From the NCBI GenBank assembly GCA_963575745.1, contig CAUYUJ010000088.1, forward strand, positions 62,001 to 118,520: 56,520 bases of DNA, given 5' to 3'. The stretch is from Prorocentrum cordatum (taxonomy: Eukaryota). The translations under genes were made by a program, and so were the position numbers. The first letter of the stretch is position 1; every line of letters begins with the position of its first letter. The notes below the pieces were generated by a model. That model searched no databases, was not told the origin of the DNA, and saw nothing but the letters and a program-made list of their open reading frames with translations. This document shows, piece after piece, positions 48,347 through 56,520 of the stretch.

Positions 48347-51300
48347 ATTGCCCGTCGCCCAATCAGGTGTCTTTGAAACGTTGCAATGTCTCACATTTCT
48401 ATATGCTCCCTTCTGGGTTCGTGGGCCGATCATGTTTCATCGCCCCCCTCCCCCCCCCCCCCCCTCGCCCCCCCCCCCCCCCCCCCGGGGGTAGGTCCTG
48501 GCTTCGGAGACCCCGTCCGAAATTCTTCGCCAAAGGACTTTCGTCGAATCCTGGAGGCGTTGGACCGTCGGAATGGTGGCCATGGCAAGGTATCTGACAT
48601 TGGCAAAATCAAATATATGAAGATGTTGTATTGCCTCGCTGAATCTGTTCGGAACCATTGGAGGTCCCGCTTGTCCCGTGTAGAAATTTCCAGCGTTCAC
48701 CAGGATGTTCGGAAAGGCCACCTCTGTGTTAGACTTCGCTTCTGTGACACATCATTGCAGTGTGCCACTATCACGTTGGGTGAGACGGATCTAGCTGATA
48801 AGTTCGATTTGAGCGCGAATGGGGTCAAGGCAGGCTTCATTGACATTGCGAAGACGTTCTGCACGTCGCGCTACATGGTGCGCGCCCAAAGTGGATGACG
48901 TAGGATGAGGAATTAGAAAGATAAGGAGAGGTGGAGAAGGCCAAATAAGGGGGGAAAGTGAGGAGGGCATGGGGGCTTGAAGATAGGTGACCGACTAAGG
49001 TCGAGGGTGCATGTTCGGAGTCCCTCTGGTATCTCTGGAAGCCTCTGGGGGTCCACCTGGCGGTTCCCACGTTCCCTCCCCCCGAGGTGCCCTACGCGCA
49101 ACGCTCTGGCTCCTTGAGAAAGATGAACCTCGCCCTGCATCAACGGCTATGCAATTCTATTGAACTGATGCGGACGGCGCGGCCGATGAGCAATTCGCGG
49201 GCAGAAAATTGCATGGCGAAGTGGGTGGGATGTCTAAGAATTGCGCGGCTGCGCCGCTCCGCCCAAACCGATGCCCTCGTCAACTTTCGCAGGCTCGATT
49301 CTGATGGTAGGCCGATGGTAGGGCCCCCCGTGACGCATCTTTGCACTTGCTCCTGCCTCTCGCTGGGTGGCGATGTATGCGGTGATTCAAGTGATAGGGA
49401 TGGTGGCGATCGCGATGATGACGATGGCGATGGTGACGGGTTTCCTGTTCCAGCGCGGCGGGGGGCAGGGGCGGGCGCCGGTGGCCGGAGAAAACAACAG
49501 CCCAGCTTTTGCTCCAAGGGCGCGCCCGGATCCCCCCCGAAATGTTCAGCAACCAATCCAACAAATTCTTTTTCGTCCCGAGTGTGGCTAGCGGAGTGCG
49601 CTGCGTTGACAGATGATGGGGCGCTTTCAGACTATGCCCCAATGTTGCCGAACATTCGTGCTTTCAACACAGACACGACGCACGCTGCTCGTCGCATTGC
49701 GGCCAGGACTGCGTTTGTGGATCCGTTTTTTTTTTTGACATCAGTATTGAACACACTTGTGAAAGATAGATCGTCGATCTGCCAGAGAATCCAGAATAGC
49801 CAAGTGTTTCCTGAGCGCTTTCGGCCAAATCTATCACATGTTTCTAATGAGATTGGGATTGGCAATCGCATATCCAATCTGCGAGCGGCCAAACATCGGC
49901 ACGCATCTGAACCAAAACCATTGGGCCGCTCTGTATCCGAATGGCCTTAGGCCCATCCCGCCACCGTGCCTGGATTGCGCGTTTCACATGCATATTGGCT
50001 CTTGGGCGTTCTCCAGGATCTTGCACGGGCTTCTTGGGTCTTGGACGCGAGCAATGTTTCAGGATTTGTTGGTGGCGATTGGGGCCTCCAGGTGATTATG
50101 TTGGGCATCCTGGGTTCCTATCCTGGCCTTTTGGGTGCCTTCGTCTAGGGCCTCCTCGGGGCTCGGGCTGAAACTTCGGCATGTAGGACTGCGTTCTCAC
50201 CCTGGCCCCTGGGCCCTCTCCGGCCAACGCGGGTGCCTCTCAGACTGGCCGGGGCGGTCTCAGGGGCCTCTCGGGCCGTCCTGGGTCGCCAAGAAACGCG
50301 CAGGCGATGATGCATCCTGATTTCTGGGGCCTGGGGAAGCTGCATCTCGCGCCCAAAGACGAGGCTTTGTGGTCTATATCAAGGCGCTCTTACTTACAGC
50401 TGAACAAATCGCCAACGAGCGAAAAGGCAAAGTCGAAGATGATGATTGCGTGTAGTTTTTGCTTGGTGTGACAGAGGAACAACTACTTCAACTTGCCCTC
50501 GTGGCAGATGCCAATGACGAAGCGATGATATTTGTCAGATTCAACGATTCAGAAACCTACGACGCTGCCGAATTGGAACCCGAAGCAATTGCATTCACTG
50601 AGAGAGTGTCCTACTTATTCCAGAATGGGAACTGTTTTGATCCTGGATACACTGGCTTTATGTGCGATGTATTGTCCAAGCCCATGGTGTTTTCTGTTGG
50701 CGGTGATGCCGTTGCAATCGGTGGGCCAGGTCATCCCAGCGAAGCTATTCACATACAAACATTAGCGATTATGCAGAACTGGATGAAAGTTTCGCAAGCT
50801 GTGGTCCGGGCAGAATTCGGCAATTTCGAGATCAAGGCCGCTATGCCACTTTTTCAGGTACAAGGACAAGGCCGACAACAGGAGTCACGTCCATACCACC
50901 AGTCAGAACATCAAACGCATGGCCCGATTCTTCCCTATCCCAGAGGACGCATTGAAAGAGCAGTTCCATTACGTTTATCCCATATTCGCAAACATTGTCA
51001 GAAAGAAAATTGGGGTGTCGAATCCAGCTGCGTGGGTGGAGGCAATGCGCATAATGTCTGCGATATCTATCTTGTGGCTGCAAGCCAATGCCGCCGTGCC
51101 TGGGATCTCGCAGGCGCCTCTCGAGTGCCCCTTGGGAACTGTCTGTCGGGCACCTGGCTTGTGCCCTCTTTTGGGATTCTTAGGGACTTCTTGTGGTTTT
51201 TGGGGTGCCTCTGGAGGGCCTTGTGGGACCTCGTGGGGGCTTGCTTCTCAGGGCTTGGAGCGTTGGGTGTGCCTTCCTGGTCTGTCTTGAGGTCGGCATG

Positions 51301-54148
51301 GGCCCCCCATCTATCGCTTTGGGCGCCTCTCGGGCAGCCCTGGGGCGGTCTTGGGGGCCCCCTGGATTGTCTCGGAGCGTTGAAGCATGGAAATCCGAGA
51401 GCCGCCCAAATCAAATACTTCCCAAGGGAAACGATTGACATCGGTTATTGGGGGTCCTCTGGGACCACTCTCGGCATCTCCCGGCGGCCCCCCGAGCCAT
51501 CTTGAAGCAGTATGGGGCGTCTTGGAACGCGCCTGGGCGGTCTTTGAGGCCTCTCGGGCCCTGCGAATGTTTCTCGGGCCCCTCGCGGCCCATTATGGGC
51601 CCCTTTGGTTTCTTGGGGAACCTGTCCGAACCCCAGGGCGTCCGAAAACGTTGCGTAAGTTTGCGAAGATTTGAACTTCGACCTGAATCCAGTTCGCGCC
51701 AGGGCGCGGCGGCTGAGATCATCAAATGCCCACCCCGTTGACGCAGTGAGAATTGTCTTGATGAGATGCGTCGGTCGCCCGGTCTCCACATGAACCCGAG
51801 CCCGGGGCGGGGCCGGGAGGGGGGGGGGGGGGCGACGCTGGAGGGGGGGGCGGTAGAAAAAGAAAAAAACAGGGGGATGTGGTCAGAGGATGGAGGGGGG
51901 CTGGAGGAGGAAGAGGAGGGCCCAGGGAGGCGAGGAGGAGGAGGAGGAGGAGGATAATGAGGAAGGGGGGCGTAGGCGAATGGGGGGCCCCAGGTTATGG
52001 ATTCGCCATCACTGGCGCGGAACGCTTATTCTCTGCGCGGAAGGAGACGACGGGGGAGAATCGCATTTTATCAGAGTCCGCCCTCAACGATGAGATTCAG
52101 CTGATTAGTGGAATTGACCCTGCTCACACAGAAAGCATTATCAAAGGTGCGCAATTTGAGTGGTCCCAGGTTCATAATTCAGCTAGAAGTAATGTTGGAG
52201 ACAGACAGCCCCGAATAGATACAGGAGTTCCCAAGAAGCACAACATTGAAAGCATGGAACTTGCTTGGATTAAGCGTCGGAGGGAGAACGTGGCCAAAGC
52301 GATGGAAGCCTCATCGAGCTCTGGCGGTCCCACGGGGTCTTGTATTGTTAGAAAGGCCAGTCGTTTGGCGAGTCGCACGTTTGGGGTAAAGCATGCGAAG
52401 GAGGTCCAGTTCAACAACAAGAAACGTTTGGGAAATATGGCTGAAGCTGTTCGACGAAAACATTTACTCCCAGACGAAACAACGCCAGAGGTGCGAGCGA
52501 GAGTGCGGAGTGACTTCGTACAGAACAAGAAAACAGAGCGCATACGACAAGGATAAGGCCGCAATGGACCGTGCTTTGCGACCGCCGATGTCCTTCCGAT
52601 TGCCAGAGGGTTCCCACGTGTTCTTCGATTGTGAATTGACGGTTTCTGCCCGGATCTTGGCGCGTACTCTTCATAAATTTAAGTTCAATCGCGTGTTTGA
52701 GCGGCGCCGGGCAATTATTTTCGCGGTAGACAAAGCGGGTGCTCCCAATCGGAAATCTTTATGGGCATGTCTGCTTGTGGGCGGCACTGTCTGCACGCTG
52801 AAGCACTTGATATCGGGTGGGCGCGAAGGCCCTTCACTTCCGTACAATCGCGCCCTAGATTAGAAAACACAAGCGTGGGCATCGGCGGACTTCTGGGCTG
52901 AGCACGGTGAGATTTATGAGATCCTCAAGCTCGCCGTTCGCGGGCCCCCAGGTGCGAAGTGGTCTTTGATATATGATCGGGCTGATGCAATCCGGATTGG
53001 CATGAAACGCAAGGCTTCCAAGAACGAATCTGAGCTTATGTTACTAGTTACAGCCAAGGAGCAGAGCGATTCCATGGACGCCAGGGCCGAACTGTCGACG
53101 ACGACGGATACGACGACGAGCACCACCTTCCCGTCCAGGAAGTCCGAGGGTCGATCTTCGTTTGAAGATGGACACCCAAACCTCGGGCTACTCAACAAAT
53201 CTGGCCAAATGTCACGTCCCATCTCCAGCGGCTCAGGGGCCGCTTCGGGCCCCCAGTGGCCATCGTCGAGCGAACTCCCACGGGCCCCTTCCGAAGGGTC
53301 GGGCCCGGGATGCGAGGGCCCCCGCCCCGTCAAGCACAGGCTGACCTTGTCAGACAGCTCGTTGCATCTAGCAACGCTAGATGCGCGGGGCTGCTCGGCG
53401 CCGGGGGTGCGGCGCGAAGCGAGGCCCGAGGGCCATAGTGCTGTTTGAACCTGCAGACCCAATGCGTCGACTGGTCATGATGGTGGCCTCCTCTGTGAGA
53501 ATGAAAACACGGGGGGGACCCGAATGTTTTTTCTTCAACCTCTTACTGTCCCCGCCCTGGCCCTTCCTCCCCGCGGCCGCTCGCTCGCCGTTCAGCCGCC
53601 AATTTTTCACCCGACCCCGCATCGCTCCTACATCTGCATCTTTCCCCCCCCGCCCCTTCGGGGGGCGTGCGATAGTGGAAGGGATTGCCTGACTTAGCTC
53701 TTCTGCAGCGAACGTCTGCCATCGGCAACCCCGATTTCCACGGGGCTGGCGCGAGATCCACGCAGCGCAAGCTACGCGGAAAGCTATGTGGAGCGAGGGG
53801 GAGGGGGGAGGGGCAGCAGGGGGCGGAGAGATGAGGGGAGAAATGCAGCGAGCATAGAGCAAACCCTCGTCGTTACAACTCGATTCGCTTTTCCGGACAG
53901 AACGCTCACGCAGAAAACAAGGGCCCCAAAAAGGTGGCCCACTGGGGTCGGGCCGTCTTGCCGCAGTGGCTCAAGTCGGAAATCCGCGCCACCGAGTAGA
54001 TTACATCCGTTGCATAAGCGTGTAATTTTGGAAACCCGCACTCGTTGTAATTCCCCCCGGTCCCGGGCCCCCTCTCGGGCGCGACGCGAGGTGGTGGGTG
54101 GGGGTCTCTCCGAACTGCGAATTCGCGGATCTTTGAAATTGCGCGTTT

Positions 54149-54499
54149 ATGTATCCATCTTCTCTGTTATATTCAACAGTTGGCCGTCCTGATGTGATTG
54201 GGGCCGTCCTGCTCGCATGCGGGATGTTTGTAGGACTTGCAGCGGGAACGGTGATAGGGCGCTGTGCATGTACCAAATCTGCCGTGGTTCCGCCTGCTTC
54301 TCCTACTGTTGCACCAGGGCCGCCAATTCGTTCTGCCCCCGCGGGGGCCAGGCTGGCCCTGCCCGTGCATTTGGCACGGCGCAGCGAGGTATATCATTCG
54401 GACAAAATGTGTCCGGCGCTGTGTAGGTCGCCCAATGTGGATGTGATCAGGGCTTGCAAACTTTGTTATGGTCGCAACGCTTGTGCGAAAGCTCACTGA
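54149..54499 (+). CDS. Small protein, 116 aa: transmembrane helix, Pro-rich linker, YH-x4-C-x2-L...CxxC metal-binding motif
   Basis: VIGAVLLACGMFVGLAAGTVIG followed by VHLARRSEVYHSDKMCPALCRSPNVDVIRACKLC. ATG start and intact frame. Confidence 0.55.
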   Translation: MYPSSLLYSTVGRPDVIGAVLLACGMFVGLAAGTVIGRCACTKSAVVPPASPTVAPGPPIRSAPAGARLALPVHLARRSEVYHSDKMCPALCRSPNVDVIRACKLCYGRNACAKAH

Positions 54500-56355
54500 C
54501 TGAGTTGACCCAGCGCACGCTTGCCAATCAGCCCCAGAAGGATCTCCAAAGGGGGCCCCGAGCAGTTCCAAAGTGGTTCCAAGAGACCCCAAACACATCC
54601 AACATACATTTACATTTCAACGAGGCCCTCCTTTCAGAAGGTTAAACGGCCAACAGAAGCCCTCCACAGGGGGTCCAGAGTGGCCCCATCAACAAGGCCT
54701 CCTACCTGCTTCTGGGGAGTTCTCACAAGGACCCCCGAGGTCTCTACCCCGCAACCCAGGCGCGGTGGAGTGGCCAAAATGCTGCGCCGCCTTGCATTTC
54801 GAGGCGAACCATTGCCACTCTTTCGTTGCTTTTGGCATTTGTTTCAGGCTCGCGGAGGGGCAGAGGGATGGGCGATCAAGAGAGAGGGGGAGAGATAGAG
54901 AGAGAGATATATAGAGAGAGAGGTAGAACAAAAACAAAAAGAAAAGAACAACAAAGCAACCAAGCAACAAACATGCAACCACAACAACAGCAACAAAAAC
55001 AACAAACATGAACGGATAACGATAACGCCAGCGTTTGTTTTTGTGCGCGCTGATGCGGCCCTGGGCAGGTGCCCCCCCCCCCCCTCGCCTTCCCCCCCGA
55101 TCCCCCTTCCTCGGCGGCGGCGGGGTGGGGGCGGTCGTCTCGCCAGGATCCAAGACAACCAAAACAGCTTCCAAGTTCTGAAATGTGTTTCAGAAATTTG
55201 CGTCCTCTTTGAAATTCCTTGGGGCCCTGAGACGCCGCCACGAGCCATGTCGTGCCTTTCTCGGGCCTTCCTCGGACGATTTCCTCGGCCGGTTTATTGG
55301 GCCTTCCCCAGATGGACAATCCTGCTCAGATCCGAAGCCCTTCCCGCGCGAGATATCTCGGCGGGCCCGCCGCCCCCCGTAGGGGCCCCGGGGGCCCGAC
55401 GCAACTCGCGAACGCGGCCCCGGCCCATAAGATACACGCCCTGACTCCAACGCGACCCCCCAACATCTAATTCTTGGAACCTTCTTCGTTAGACCCCCTT
55501 TAGGAGTTGATTGACCGGGCAAGTTGGGGGCGTGCTTACCAGTGTTGTTGTGCTGCGTTGTATGCCATCGTATATAAAGGTTGTGGTCTAAGCTTCCTAA
55601 GTGTGTTCAGCTCGCACTGCGCTTTAGGATGGATTTCGCATTGACGTTGAGCGTGCCTCACATTTCACCTTTGGCGAAGCACTCTGGGCTTGAACTTCGA
55701 GGCGCCCTGCGGCTCTCTGTTCTCGAGACCGACGCCACTCAGACCTCGGTTGACACCGCCGGGAGTTTTGCCCCGTCGTTCGAGCCCGCAGGGGCCGACG
55801 CCCTATCAGAGCCCCTGGATTGGTCCGCCGACGAGAAGCGCAAAATTGAGGAGCCCGGCGAGGCAGCGAACGAGGCACCGGAGTCGACAAAGCATTGATG
55901 ACAGAGCCACCGGGCCAGCAGCTATTCCTTTATCGGATCTTCCGCCAACTCAAGGTCGCCGGCATTCTGAATTTGCGGATTCCTTCATTGACGTGCCAGA
56001 TACGCTGCCGCCTGATGAGTGGACCGACGCCCAGCCCAGATTCTTCTAATAAGTAGGACCGCCATTTCTCTCCCTTCTCGTCTTCCCTCCTCCAAGTTTT
56101 CCGCCGTTGCGGCTGGGGCATGTTCTCGAGCTCATCCCTCTCATCCTGCTCCTCTTTATATTTATTTGCCAGTCAGTGAGATCGGCCTGGCGCCGTGGCG
56201 GACTGGCTACAGCCGCGCCGCAACCATATTGCGTCGACAGTTTGGATTTGAGGCATGGGTCGGTTGTAGGAATGACGAGAGCGATAACGCAAGGGGGCGA
56301 GCGTGATATTGGATGCACGAGAACGCGGCGTTTCAGAGAGTTGCATGAGGGATCA

Positions 56356-56520
<165 letters not shown>

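Larger units (their letters stand above)
46597..53065 (+). pseudogene. Multi-exon hAT-superfamily transposase with N-terminal C2H2 (TTF/BED-like) finger and BRCT-like C-terminal extension, decayed
   Basis: Ordered motifs: CTVC...HQRSKEH (46627-46731); VHQDVRKG (D1); DADGAADE (D2, 49167); DTTHAARR (CxxH equivalent); AKHRHAS (RW equivalent); ITGAERLFS (E, ~52010-52035). Frame-restoring introns at 48878-49086, 49225-49582, 49928-50363 (GC-AG), 51056-51702 and 51774-51993. Stops at 46708, 50453 and 52861, frameshifts near 49166, 50900 and 52540. Confidence 0.8.

Noticed and set aside
56011..56045. Hammerhead ribozyme core (ctgatgag)
   Set aside because: No stem II followed by GAAA. The ctgatgag at ~20878 and the reverse-strand one at ~33765 fail the same test.

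Overview
Eukaryotic, GC-rich, repeat-saturated DNA with one 100-N scaffold gap (38093-38192). GC-AG introns, a spliced-leader-like relic and the element types point to a dinoflagellate (inference). No intact host gene, rRNA, tRNA or CRISPR array is supportable, and most long ORFs in the track are low-complexity artefacts. Best-supported content: (1) a full-length 5.35-kb APE-RT LINE (7319-12671) with an exact 14-bp target-site duplication, an intact unfamiliar ORF1 and a frameshifted ORF2; (2) an intronless, frameshifted signal-peptide-peptidase-like pseudogene lacking both catalytic Asp motifs; (3) a 5'-truncated RNase H-bearing non-LTR element (minus strand) and the 5' half of a large non-LTR element, both abutting (TC)n; (4) a decayed multi-exon hAT-type transposase (46597-53065) with five reconstructable introns, an N-terminal Zn finger and a BRCT-like C-terminal extension; (5) a decayed two-gene, possibly CACTA/Plavaka-like DNA transposon; (6) non-autonomous elements with conserved arms around variable microsatellite or satellite cores, one containing a nested inverted-repeat-bounded (TTAGC/TTTAGC)n array. 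All homology calls are by-eye motif recognition and no searches were run.
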